Virus record (IMG/VR): IMGVR_UViG_2778261217_000006
Span: 1-39,933 of that record
Reading direction: 5' to 3' (one strand)
Source of the DNA: a virus
Lineage: Duplodnaviria > Heunggongvirae > Uroviricota > Caudoviricetes
DNA: 39,933 nt
Positions 10,094 to 18,861 of the stretch are shown piece by piece; within the stretch, counting starts at the first letter, position 1, and every line of letters starts with the position of its first letter. The notes under the pieces were generated by a model. The model did no database searches, was not told the DNA's origin, and saw only the letters and a program-made list of their open reading frames with translations. The position numbers and the translations under genes are program-made.

Positions 10094-10695
10094 TGCATAA
10101 AGCAATATTAAATAGTGAGCTCATTGCAACAAAGGCAGGGGATGTTACCGTTTATAACTATGATGGTGAAACACGGGAATATATTTCCACTTCAAATGAA
10201 TATCTTGCCGTTGGTGTCGGCATTCCGGCATGTTCCTGTTTAGATGCCCCTGGCACACATAAGGCTGGTTATGCAATCTGCCGTTCTGCAGATTTTAACT
10301 CATGGGAATATGTGCCAGACCATCGCGGTGAAACGGTCTATAGCACCGAAACAGGAGAATCAAAAGAAATCACCGCTCCGGGTGATTACCCTGAAAATAC
10401 AACCACTATCGCCCTATTAACGCCATATGATAAATGGGATGGTGAGAAATGGGTGACGGATATCGAGGCACAGCATAGCGCCGCAGTAGATGCAGCAGAA
10501 GCACAGCACCAGTCGCTGATTGATACTGCAATGGCTTCCATTAGTCTGATTCAACTGAAATTGCAGGCCGGGAGGAAGCTGACGCAGACAGAAACCACCC
10601 GACTAAACGCTGTGCTGGATTACATTGACGCGGTGACGGCAACGGATACCAGCACCGCGCCGGATGTCATCTGGCCTGAACTGCCGGAGGCGTAG
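10093..10695 (+). CDS. Tail fibre assembly protein, alternative orientation (Tfa')
   Basis: 200 aa with C-terminal ...DTSTAPDVIWPELPEA typical of Mu U / P2 G chaperones. Confidence 0.7.
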   Translation: MHKAILNSELIATKAGDVTVYNYDGETREYISTSNEYLAVGVGIPACSCLDAPGTHKAGYAICRSADFNSWEYVPDHRGETVYSTETGESKEITAPGDYPENTTTIALLTPYDKWDGEKWVTDIEAQHSAAVDAAEAQHQSLIDTAMASISLIQLKLQAGRKLTQTETTRLNAVLDYIDAVTATDTSTAPDVIWPELPEA

Positions 10696-11080
10696 GCCAT
10701 TCAATATCTGGTGCACTGGATGTATCAACCAGTTCCAGTGCTTCCAGATAATCCAGCCACAAATTATATTGTTTCAGCTCATCTTCTTTAAGTCTTCCCA
10801 ATGCAGCCTTACCCTGCCACTGTCTGCTATTGATAAAATCAGTTGCATCAGAGATAAGCATCTGCTTTTGAAAGTTCGCATCTGCGACTTCATCATCATG
10901 AGTACGGATAACCTCTTTAATAGAAGGAGGAAAAACAGAAAAATCGATCACGCCTCCTTCAGCTTGAGATTTTAATAATGACTGCCAGTGTTCTGCCGTT
11001 ATTTCTTTAGAATCTGGCGGAATGATGCCACAGCCATCCATAAAAAAACCAACGGTATTTAAGCAACAGTATATTTTCAT
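10667..11080 (-). CDS. Tail fibre assembly protein, expressed orientation (Tfa)
   Basis: C-terminal ...LVDTSSAPDIEWPTPPA; start set at the ATG just after the H stop (the track ORF runs further upstream to 11299 in a frame overlapping H). Confidence 0.65.
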   Translation of the reverse strand: MKIYCCLNTVGFFMDGCGIIPPDSKEITAEHWQSLLKSQAEGGVIDFSVFPPSIKEVIRTHDDEVADANFQKQMLISDATDFINSRQWQGKAALGRLKEDELKQYNLWLDYLEALELVDTSSAPDIEWPTPPAVQAR

Positions 11081-11081
11081 C

Positions 11082-12470
11082 TTAATACCCAATAGCAATC
11101 CAGTTATAGTAATAACTACCCGTTTGAGCTGCGCACCGTAATAAAAACGAAGTGGTTGTATATCCCCCCGTTGCCACTGCATTGATAGGTGCGCTGACAT
11201 TGTCATAATTTGCAACAACGGCAACACAGGCATTATTAAACGCAACCGGGAATACAACTGTATTTCCATCCCCCCCAGAGGCAGATGCTTTTGCGGCATT
11301 CCACCCCCACTGAATGATTACTGATTGCTCAATACCACCAATCATAACCGGTATAGCTATGAAACCGGTGCGTCCTAATGTAGCCGTTGCTGCATTGAGT
11401 TTTGCTCCTTCTCCCAAACCAAGGTATGTGAGAAGACCAGCTACATCCTTTCCACTCAAATTGGTAAGCGTATTGTCCAGCGGTTGTTTACCTGCCAGCG
11501 CATTAAGCATTGTCGTGGCAAAGTTCGGATCATTCCCCAGTGCCGCCGCCAGTTCGTTCAGTGTATCCAGTGCAGCAGGTGCAGAACCCACCATTCCTGC
11601 AATCGCCGATTTCACAAAAGCCGTAGTGGCAATCTGTGTATTGTTGACCGACTGCGCCGCCGTGGGGGCTGTTGGCGTTCCGGTGAGTGCCGGACTCGAC
11701 AACGGTGCTTTTAGTGCCAGCGCATTGTTAATGGTGGTACTGAAATTCGGATCATTGTTAATGGCTGCGGCTATTTCTTTCAGCGTGTCCAGCGTGGCTG
11801 GCGCACCATTAATAAGGGCCGTCAGTGCCGCCTGTACAAACGCAGTGGTCGCAACCTGCGTGGTATTATTCCCCGCCGCTGGCGTTGGCGCTTTGGGGGT
11901 TCCGGTAAATGTCGGGCTGGCTTTTGGCGCGTACTGTGAATGCGGGTCCGGCGCGGCAAGATGTTTTGCCATCTGATCATCCGCGTACACCTTCAGCTCC
12001 AGTGCCTTGTCATCCACATACTTGCGGGTTGCCAGCACTACAGCAGGGTCGATTTTCAGGGTGATATTGTCCGTGCTGCTGGTAATCAGCACCATGCGCA
12101 CGGTCTGAGTGCGCCCGCTACCTTCAGCCAGTTGCGGCTTATAGCTTTCCGGGCAGTTGCCCACGGCAATCAATGCCCCGGACTCATCAAACAAGCCCAC
12201 TTCACGTATCCACCAACCGCCCTCGTTTTCAGGGATCACCTGTTCGGCAATAATCTGGCTGCTGTTCTGCGGGTCGATATAAAGCATATTCAGCGCAGCC
12301 CGGCGTTTCTCATTTACCAGTGCCGTCTGCTTTGCGTCCGGCGTTGGCAATACTCCACCGCCATCGCCCACCGCCATATGGGTAATTTTTAGCGGCACAC
12401 CGAGCGCGGCGGCGCTGGCAAGTTTCGCCGCGCCAATATCCGTCAGCAGGGTATAAAATTTTGTGCTCAT
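11082..12470 (-). CDS. H: Tail fibre protein gpH (constant N-terminus plus currently selected variable C-terminus)
   Basis: 462 aa with internal tandem ~55-aa repeats and a variable C-terminus; the right crossover site lies inside it at 11409..11434. Confidence 0.85.
   Translation of the reverse strand: MSTKFYTLLTDIGAAKLASAAALGVPLKITHMAVGDGGGVLPTPDAKQTALVNEKRRAALNMLYIDPQNSSQIIAEQVIPENEGGWWIREVGLFDESGALIAVGNCPESYKPQLAEGSGRTQTVRMVLITSSTDNITLKIDPAVVLATRKYVDDKALELKVYADDQMAKHLAAPDPHSQYAPKASPTFTGTPKAPTPAAGNNTTQVATTAFVQAALTALINGAPATLDTLKEIAAAINNDPNFSTTINNALALKAPLSSPALTGTPTAPTAAQSVNNTQIATTAFVKSAIAGMVGSAPAALDTLNELAAALGNDPNFATTMLNALAGKQPLDNTLTNLSGKDVAGLLTYLGLGEGAKLNAATATLGRTGFIAIPVMIGGIEQSVIIQWGWNAAKASASGGDGNTVVFPVAFNNACVAVVANYDNVSAPINAVATGGYTTTSFLLRCAAQTGSYYYNWIAIGY
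11409..11434. repeat. Right hix/gix-like 26-bp inversion crossover site (inside H)
   Basis: Reverse complement reads TTCTCACATACC TT GGTTTGGGAGAA; core is the inverted repeat of the left site. Confidence 0.65.
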
Positions 12471-13072
12471 GGATTCACTCTCATTGTGTCAATAACATGG
12501 ACCGCCCCGCCTTCATGCGCGGTGCCACCGGAAATAATCGTTTCGTTGATATAGGGATAGATCGTGATTTCTTCGCCAAGATAGCTGGCGGCTCCCAGCC
12601 AATGCGGGCCGCTGGTCTGCAGATTGATGGACATGCCGATCATGTGGCGGCTACATGGTTTGGCATCGCTTATCAGTCGCTCAAGTTCCAGATAGGTATC
12701 TTCAGTGATGCCCTGGTCCTGCACGCCGATATCCAGGCGAAACGTACCCGGTGTTTCTCCGGTCTGCCACCACTCAATAATGCGGATCAGGAATCCGAAC
12801 GGTTCCACCACCCGCCGCACGGCACTGGTGGTTCCTTTATGCTGATGAATATAAAAAGCATCCTTCACTACCTGGCGTTTGACGCTTTCTGTCCAGCCCT
12901 CGTCCCAGCGATCCACAGAGAACGCCCAGGCGAGATAAGGCAGGAAGCTGACCGGACAGGTAGCCGGATTCCACAAGTCACGCAGCGGCACCTGCAAATC
13001 AGAAATCCCGCTACAGGTTTGCGCCAGTCGGCGCTCCAGTGAAGTTGAACCCGGTGGCAGCAGACTATTCAT
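12467..13072 (-). CDS. I: Baseplate protein gpI
   Basis: 201 aa; position between J and H as in P2. Confidence 0.8.
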   Translation of the reverse strand: MNSLLPPGSTSLERRLAQTCSGISDLQVPLRDLWNPATCPVSFLPYLAWAFSVDRWDEGWTESVKRQVVKDAFYIHQHKGTTSAVRRVVEPFGFLIRIIEWWQTGETPGTFRLDIGVQDQGITEDTYLELERLISDAKPCSRHMIGMSINLQTSGPHWLGAASYLGEEITIYPYINETIISGGTAHEGGAVHVIDTMRVNP

Positions 13073-13973
13073 CCGTTCCTCCGTTGGTTACGCTCCACTG
13101 CGTACATGATGCCGCCTGTGTTTTGTTCAGGACCACATCCGCCAGCGGAGAAGCCAGTTCCACACGTTGAACACCCTCAACATGCAGAGCAGCAAAGATG
13201 GCGCTACGGCGAATATCCCGACCAAGCCTCGTCTGGCTGGCAATGTACTTCTGCAGACTGGCTTTTGCCGCTGCCATTACCGGCTCTGCTTCCGGTCCCG
13301 GATAGAGAAAAATGGTGGCTTCCACGCGATACGGGATGATTTCTGCGCTGCGAACCGTAAGACGGTCAGCCACCGGGCGGACGTTCTCACTGTTCAGAGC
13401 TTTTTCCACCACGTCCAGCAGGTCTTTTTCTGCAGTTCCATCGCCTTCGCGGCTAAGGACAGTCAGCACCACCTCTGCAGGTGCCGGGCTGGTTGCACTG
13501 GCATCCGCCACCCGACCGTCGGCGCTTCGGGCATGAAATTCATAAGCTGCAGTTGGCCCCGCAACAGAAAGCCCTTCAAAGGCTGCAGGCACACGCAGGC
13601 GCAACGCTTCATCGCTTTCCATCACAGCTGCAACGGGCGGCACAGCATCATTATCAGCAGGCGTCACCGTCAGGCGTGTCACGTTGTAGTTGGCAGCGAG
13701 CTGGTCAAGATCGCCGCCCATCGCGTAAGCCACCATCACCGCCTGCGCGGCTTCGTTAATACGCTGGCGCAGAAGCAACTCACGGTAAGCGTTCTCCTGC
13801 AACAATTTAGTGGCGGGTTCAGATTCCAGTTCCAGCGTGCGGATCACTGCTTCCTGCTCATCTTTCGGATGAAGCGCCACAAATTCTGCCTTGCGTTCGG
13901 CAAGCAGCGTCTCAAAGTCCGGCACATCCACAATCTGCGGTGCAGGCAACTGCGAAAGGTCAATCACTGCCAT
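13065..13973 (-). CDS. J: Baseplate protein gpJ
   Basis: P2 J-like; the track ORF extends to 14012, start chosen at the internal ATG (MAVIDLSQ...). Confidence 0.8.
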   Translation of the reverse strand: MAVIDLSQLPAPQIVDVPDFETLLAERKAEFVALHPKDEQEAVIRTLELESEPATKLLQENAYRELLLRQRINEAAQAVMVAYAMGGDLDQLAANYNVTRLTVTPADNDAVPPVAAVMESDEALRLRVPAAFEGLSVAGPTAAYEFHARSADGRVADASATSPAPAEVVLTVLSREGDGTAEKDLLDVVEKALNSENVRPVADRLTVRSAEIIPYRVEATIFLYPGPEAEPVMAAAKASLQKYIASQTRLGRDIRRSAIFAALHVEGVQRVELASPLADVVLNKTQAASCTQWSVTNGGTDE

Positions 13974-14319
13974 TCTCTGCTCCTGTTGATACGGAAAGGG
14001 ACACAGGCACACCGTTATTCCGCCGCCCGGTCAGCTCCACCACCATTGAACCGTCAAAATTGCTGTTGATGGTGATGGAATCCAGCGTCAACCGTGGCTC
14101 CCAGCGACTCAGCGCCACATACACTGCCGACATGACCTGCAGGCGTAATGCCGGATTTTGTGGCTGATCTATCAGTGCCGACAGCAGGGAACCATATTCC
14201 CGGCGGGCAATACGGCTACCCTGCGGTGTCAGCAGAATGTCCCGCACCGACTGGCGCAGATGATCAATATCAGTAATGACTTTGCCGCTGGTATTGTTCA
14301 TCCCGCTATAAAGCGTCAT
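13960..14319 (-). CDS. W: Baseplate wedge protein gpW (gp25-like)
   Basis: 119 aa; position between V and J. Confidence 0.8.
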   Translation of the reverse strand: MTLYSGMNNTSGKVITDIDHLRQSVRDILLTPQGSRIARREYGSLLSALIDQPQNPALRLQVMSAVYVALSRWEPRLTLDSITINSNFDGSMVVELTGRRNNGVPVSLSVSTGAENGSD

Positions 14320-14894
14320 ACCGGGCCTCCGGTTGTATCGCCGCCTTTCAGGACGCCAGTATGCTGATGCGCATCAACCACGATCCCGTTAGAACTCATC
14401 GCTCCGCCGCCCTGGGTAACGCCACCATTGATCACCACTTCGCTGTTAATGCGCGTGCGGTCAGCCTCCAGTACAAACTCACTGGTTTTCATGGTGATGT
14501 TGTCAGCAGCCTCAATGACCATTGATTTGATGCCCCTGACATACCAGCGCCCGGTGGCGGGTTCGTATTCAAACCAGCCACCGTCAGGATGTTCTGTCAC
14601 GCAGGCGTCCGCCGACGTCGACGGTGGTGCGAACTGATTCGAATAGACAGCGGGCAGCGCAAAGGCGGTTTCCAGATTGCCGCCCAGACTCAGCAGCACC
14701 ACCTGCTCACCTTCCGATGGTCGCCACCATGTACGGGCATTCCCGGCACGCAGCGTCAGCCAGCTGATCCAGTTGGTTTCAAGCTCGCCCGTTTTCACCC
14801 GGCAAAGCCAGTTTTCCCTGTCCACTTCGGTGACTACCCCTGTGCGGATCAGGTTGGTGATAAGGCGCATGATTTCGGTTAATTGTGCGTTCAT
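14316..14894 (-). CDS. V: Baseplate spike/assembly protein gpV
   Basis: 192 aa; first gene of the V-W-J-I-H operon. Confidence 0.8.
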   Translation of the reverse strand: MNAQLTEIMRLITNLIRTGVVTEVDRENWLCRVKTGELETNWISWLTLRAGNARTWWRPSEGEQVVLLSLGGNLETAFALPAVYSNQFAPPSTSADACVTEHPDGGWFEYEPATGRWYVRGIKSMVIEAADNITMKTSEFVLEADRTRINSEVVINGGVTQGGGAMSSNGIVVDAHQHTGVLKGGDTTGGPV

Positions 14895-14940
14895 AGGGAA
14901 AGGTTGCCATCAGGGGAAGAAAGGCGGCAGTGCTGCAACT

Positions 14941-14958
14941 TGTATCAGTGCTGATACA
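14941..14958 (-). promoter_or_regulatory. Candidate Ogr-dependent late promoter element upstream of V
   Basis: Perfect dyad TGTATCAGTGCTGATACA (TGT-N12-ACA) in the S-V junction. Confidence 0.5.
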
Positions 14959-14962
14959 AAGA

Positions 14963-15409
14963 TCACCCCGCCAGCCATTGCAGAATCATGTCGCGGGTCA
15001 TTGCCTCAACATCATCATTTACACCCAGCAGGCGGCGCTCTGCGTAACGGACCTCCGGTCCTTTGCGACTGACGCGATCACGCAGGCCGTAATGGTGAAC
15101 ACGGGCAATACGCTGCACCTTGCCTTCAAACTGTACGCTGGCAGAGTCGGCGCTGGCGGCAGTTTTCAGGTATTTTGTGGTGCGCAACTTTGCAAACATC
15201 TGACGTTTGATGCGGCCTTTTTTGCTGCGTGCTGTTACCCTGCGCGGTTCATAACTGCTGCCATCTGGATTGCGCTGCATCCTGATATTCTGCTGCTGTG
15301 TCCGGCGCAGTTCCTGCGCCAGCTGGCGCATCATGCGGCTTCTCGTGGCTGGTTCCAGATTCGCCAGCAAGGCACTCAGCCAGTCGTCCACCTTCTGCAG
15401 TTCAGCCAC
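14963..15409 (-). CDS. S: Tail completion protein gpS
   Basis: 148 aa; position after R. Confidence 0.75.
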   Translation of the reverse strand: MAELQKVDDWLSALLANLEPATRSRMMRQLAQELRRTQQQNIRMQRNPDGSSYEPRRVTARSKKGRIKRQMFAKLRTTKYLKTAASADSASVQFEGKVQRIARVHHYGLRDRVSRKGPEVRYAERRLLGVNDDVEAMTRDMILQWLAG

Positions 15410-15854
15410 GTTTCACCGTCCACATTTCTTCAGGTTCATCGGGTTCTGTTACAGCTTCAACGCTCGACACACTGCCGTCAGTACTGACCAGCACACGTTC
15501 CGTCAATTGCAGGTTAAGGCTGATATCACAGACATCGTTGCGCAAAATATCCACCTCAAAGGTGAATAGCTTTTCCCGTAACGCCGGGTTATTGATGGCA
15601 TCGGGCTGGTTATCCCGAAGCCACAGTAAAACCGGGGCCATCAGCAGATTCTGGTCGCCGCTGAAATCCTCTATCACCACGTTCAGGGTATAGCGGTACT
15701 CCCATGACATGGAGCTGGCCCCCGTGGCAACCAGCGAACCGTTATCCACAAACAGATGCAGTTTGTCCGGGTTATTGCGGACATAAGGCACCGCTTTATT
15801 GAGGGCGTGGCGCAGGGATTGTGGTTTGTTCACTGTTTCGCTCCTGACACGCAA
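15402..15854 (-). CDS. R: Tail completion protein gpR
   Basis: 150 aa; position after the lysis genes. Confidence 0.75.
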   Translation of the reverse strand: MRVRSETVNKPQSLRHALNKAVPYVRNNPDKLHLFVDNGSLVATGASSMSWEYRYTLNVVIEDFSGDQNLLMAPVLLWLRDNQPDAINNPALREKLFTFEVDILRNDVCDISLNLQLTERVLVSTDGSVSSVEAVTEPDEPEEMWTVKRG

Positions 15855-16086
15855 TAATCATGTCCACTTTGTCTGCACAGACCGCCCAGGCGGCCTCCGT
15901 TTCATCCAGCAACGCGTTCAGGCCACCGTTAGTGCGCGGCGCTGCCTGTCTCAGCCGACACGGCGTCACTCGCGGACAACCACTGACGGTAAGCTGCACC
16001 TCCGGTGAGTGTGGGGCGTTCCCGCAGCCGGATAATGTCAGCAGGCAAAGGAGTATCAGCCCAGCGGCGTAAATCCTCGTTCTCAC
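15796..16086 (-). CDS. lysC: LysC, Rz1-like outer-membrane lipoprotein spanin, overlapping lysB and R in another frame
   Basis: N-terminal lipoprotein signal with lipobox LSGC; Pro-rich; embedded in or overlapping the Rz-like gene. Confidence 0.55.
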   Translation of the reverse strand: MRTRIYAAGLILLCLLTLSGCGNAPHSPEVQLTVSGCPRVTPCRLRQAAPRTNGGLNALLDETEAAWAVCADKVDMIIACQERNSEQTTIPAPRPQ

Positions 16087-16357
16087 GTTTCAGTTCCTCA
16101 ATCCGGTGTTGTCGTTGTCTCAGCAGTACACTGGTCTGTTCTGCTTCGGCATAGAGCCGCGCCTGCTCCCGGTTATTGGTTTCAGTCAGAATGGACAGGC
16201 TAATAAGCTGGCTGTTGCTCTTTGCCAGTGCCTGGCTTTTGCTCTGCAGCTCGTCTGACTGCGTGCTGATGGTCTGGCTGGCATCAGCCAGCCGCCACGT
16301 CTGCCAGCCCAGCGCCGCCAGTAATAACGCCAGCACAACCAGCAGCAACCGGTTCAT
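15929..16357 (-). CDS. lysB: LysB, Rz-like inner-membrane spanin
   Basis: N-terminal transmembrane segment followed by a coiled-coil-rich periplasmic domain. Confidence 0.7.
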   Translation of the reverse strand: MNRLLLVVLALLLAALGWQTWRLADASQTISTQSDELQSKSQALAKSNSQLISLSILTETNNREQARLYAEAEQTSVLLRQRQHRIEELKRENEDLRRWADTPLPADIIRLRERPTLTGGAAYRQWLSASDAVSAETGSAAH

Positions 16358-16731
16358 GCTGCTACCTGTTGCGCCATCTGATTACGGGTGATCCAGAAGG
16401 CAATAACGGTCAGCAGATAAAAGACCAGGGTAATAGCCCACCCCGTCCAGGCGAGACTTACGACAATCAGCAATCGCATCACCCAACTGATAAATACGTT
16501 TTCTTTTCGGGTAATTGTCTTCAGCAAAGATGCCCTTAACTCCTGCCAGAGCGGGCTATTCTTAATTAACGCAGCCAGTGCTACCGGAATTACCGCCCAT
16601 GTCAGCAAACAGGCTACCCAAACGCCGGACGCTGCCAGTACCGGAAGAATCCCCTGCGGATACACCATTGCTGCGATTAACAACGCCATCCATAACATCA
16701 GAAACAGTCCGCTGATTAATTTCTTTTTCAT
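16354..16731 (-). CDS. lysA: LysA-like membrane protein (lysis timing)
   Basis: Multi-pass hydrophobic protein between endolysin and lysB; start set at the internal ATG (MKKKLISG...) abutting the K stop. Confidence 0.6.
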   Translation of the reverse strand: MKKKLISGLFLMLWMALLIAAMVYPQGILPVLAASGVWVACLLTWAVIPVALAALIKNSPLWQELRASLLKTITRKENVFISWVMRLLIVVSLAWTGWAITLVFYLLTVIAFWITRNQMAQQVAA

Positions 16732-16732
16732 T

Positions 16733-17245
16733 TCAGTTTGCTCCCTGTAAACACCAGGCCATCTCCCGCGCACGGCGGTTATCCAGCCCCTGATTAAACA
16801 CACCTTTTACATAAACCCAGCGCGGCAACTGTCGGCACGCATCCGCCCAGCGCCGCTGATTGAGCAATTTCACCAGCGTGGAGCTGCAGGCATTGCCTGT
16901 CCCCACGTTGAAGGCAAACGACACCACCGAGTCATACACCTTTTGTGGCGGCTGTTGCTTCACACATCTTTCCAGCGCCCGCTCCACACGCAGCACGTTG
17001 GAGATAAGCCCTTCTGCTGCCTGTCGTTCCGTAATGGTTTTGCCGGGAATGACGCCCGACGTATTACCAATGCCGTCAGTCCATACACCCGCGCTGCACT
17101 GATACGGCTGCAGACGACAGCCTTCGTAATCGGCAATCAGTTTCAGTCCTTCCACGGAGGTGTGAAGCTGCTGAAAACCCGGCAGCGTGGCAGCAATAGC
17201 CAGCACGGTCCCGACAAGGCAGCGTTTAACGATTGATGGATTCAT
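16733..17245 (-). CDS. K: Endolysin (lysozyme) gpK with N-terminal signal-anchor-like segment
   Basis: 170 aa; lysozyme-like motifs (GIGNTSG...TITERQA, FNVGTGN). Confidence 0.85.
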   Translation of the reverse strand: MNPSIVKRCLVGTVLAIAATLPGFQQLHTSVEGLKLIADYEGCRLQPYQCSAGVWTDGIGNTSGVIPGKTITERQAAEGLISNVLRVERALERCVKQQPPQKVYDSVVSFAFNVGTGNACSSTLVKLLNQRRWADACRQLPRWVYVKGVFNQGLDNRRAREMAWCLQGAN

Positions 17246-17441
17246 AGTCCTCCCGCGTGATCTGCCCGTCGCGCAGAAGCTGGTAGGCTTTGTGTTTGTA
17301 GTACCAGTTAATAGCCAGCATCAGCACACCGATCATCAGGCCGCCCAGCGTTGAGGCATCCTTGATGGACAAATCGCCCAGCCAGGCCAGCACGACGGCG
17401 ATGCAATACGTGATAAAGGCGCTGATTCGCTCAAGCGTCAT
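17226..17441 (-). CDS. Holin (P2 Y position)
   Basis: 71 aa small membrane protein with a charged C-terminus, directly upstream of the endolysin. Confidence 0.6.
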   Translation of the reverse strand: MTLERISAFITYCIAVVLAWLGDLSIKDASTLGGLMIGVLMLAINWYYKHKAYQLLRDGQITREDYESINR

Positions 17442-17444
17442 AAT

Positions 17445-17648
17445 TCAGTCCCATAGCTGGACGGTCTGCACGGTGGTGGTTGTCGGAATGTCCGGCAGCT
17501 CCACCTGCAGCCCGTGAGGTAAAAAGGGGCCATATTCGGCAAGCCCCGGATTTGCCTTCAGTACCTGCTCCGTGACACCCTGCGTGCGCCCGTAATGACG
17601 CCAGCAAAGCGCGTCCACCGTGTCATACTGATGCGCACGCACTTTCAT
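17445..17648 (-). CDS. X: Tail protein gpX
   Basis: 67 aa; P2 X position between L and the holin. Confidence 0.7.
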   Translation of the reverse strand: MKVRAHQYDTVDALCWRHYGRTQGVTEQVLKANPGLAEYGPFLPHGLQVELPDIPTTTTVQTVQLWD

Positions 17649-18175
17649 CAGATAAGCTCCACTGTGCAGTGCGGCGCGTCCTGTACCCGGCTGATGGCCC
17701 AGCGGGCGTCACGCCATAAATCACCGCTGGCTTCCGCCAGTTCCTCGCCCCGCTTCACACCGGATGCCGTGGCGTCATAGTCCTGGTAACGTTCGTTGAG
17801 CATGGCGCGTGCCCAGCAGTAAACCGCGTTGAAATAGTGCTGAATGCGCTCACTTTTGCCGTCCAGCTGTTCCGCCGGAACCTCTGCCAGCGAGGCATAC
17901 CCCAGCATCTGCTGGCGTCTGCGAAACTCATACAGCTCTGCGTTGACCTCCGAAATTGCCGACAGCGCAACCTGCTTTAAACGCGGCTGCGTCACCGTGC
18001 CGTCAGTGCGCATGACACTGCGAAACTCCGACAGGTCCACATCAGGCCAGAACGGCGTATTTCTGATGATTTCCGCCTGTTCCGGTGCCTGTTCTGGCGC
18101 AACAAACTTCATGCTGCTTTCTCCTGAAATAGAGGGCGGTGGACGGGGTTTTGATGTGGCAGTGCCTTTCGCCAC
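17648..18175 (-). CDS. L: Head completion/stabilisation protein gpL
   Basis: 175 aa; position after M. Confidence 0.8.
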   Translation of the reverse strand: MAKGTATSKPRPPPSISGESSMKFVAPEQAPEQAEIIRNTPFWPDVDLSEFRSVMRTDGTVTQPRLKQVALSAISEVNAELYEFRRRQQMLGYASLAEVPAEQLDGKSERIQHYFNAVYCWARAMLNERYQDYDATASGVKRGEELAEASGDLWRDARWAISRVQDAPHCTVELI

Positions 18176-18207
18176 CCCGTGCCGCCCGTGCGCGGGGGCA
18201 CGTTCTG

Positions 18208-18858
18208 TCAGCGGCTGTCATTGCGCAGTCTGCGCTCCAGCTGCTGTTTGTCTTTTTTCACGCCACAGCGGGGATCGAGCTGTAACGCATGGTTGAGATG
18301 ATTAAGGGCAGACGCCGGATTGCTTTCACTCAGGACCGCGCCAATCGCTTTATGCAGACGCGCCCGTGACTGGTCCGGCATATCCAGACCGTCTGTCAGC
18401 TCCAGCGTCTGCAGCAACAGATCGGCATCAAAGCCGGTGGTGGCAAGCATTGCGCTCTGCGCGGCGTCTGCCATTTCCTCTGCCAGCACGGTCTGCACGT
18501 TGCGGTTACCCAGCGGCATCACCCAGCCATGACGCAGGGCATGACGCCCGATCTCCAGCGCTCCGGCATAATCTCCGGCATCAATGCGCCACAGCATCAC
18601 GTACATCAGCACGTCATCCTGTTGAGCGCCTCCGGCAGCCAGGACACCCTCTGCCCAGGCGGCGTACTTCGGCAGCAGCTCCACCTTGATTTCCGCTTTT
18701 TTGACCGTGGACTGAACGCCCTTGAGACGGCGGCGGTCTTCCGCCAGTTGCAGCAGCATCAGGTCATAGCCCGATGCGTGGCGAACACTGCCGCCCTCGC
18801 GGGCGGCCTGTTCAGCCTGAACGCGCAGGCGATGCTGCCGTGCGGGACTCAGGCTCAT
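18208..18858 (-). CDS. M: Terminase small (endonuclease) subunit gpM
   Basis: 216 aa; position after N. Confidence 0.8.
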   Translation of the reverse strand: MSLSPARQHRLRVQAEQAAREGGSVRHASGYDLMLLQLAEDRRRLKGVQSTVKKAEIKVELLPKYAAWAEGVLAAGGAQQDDVLMYVMLWRIDAGDYAGALEIGRHALRHGWVMPLGNRNVQTVLAEEMADAAQSAMLATTGFDADLLLQTLELTDGLDMPDQSRARLHKAIGAVLSESNPASALNHLNHALQLDPRCGVKKDKQQLERRLRNDSR

Positions 18859-18861
18859 GGA

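Larger units (their letters stand above)
9594..11422. other. Invertible tail-fibre host-range segment
   Basis: Flanked by perfect 16-bp inverted repeats; contains two convergent tail-fibre-assembly genes and an alternative promoterless tail-fibre C-terminal exon; invertase gene adjacent. Confidence 0.65.

Noticed and set aside
11314-11976. 220-aa plus-strand ORF opposite tail fibre H
   Set aside because: Antisense to H; Ala/Val/Gly-rich translation mirrors the repeat structure of the real gene.
13167-14069. 300-aa plus-strand ORF opposite gpJ/gpW
   Set aside because: Antisense shadow ORF in a GC-rich coding region; Arg/His/Cys-rich nonsense-like composition.
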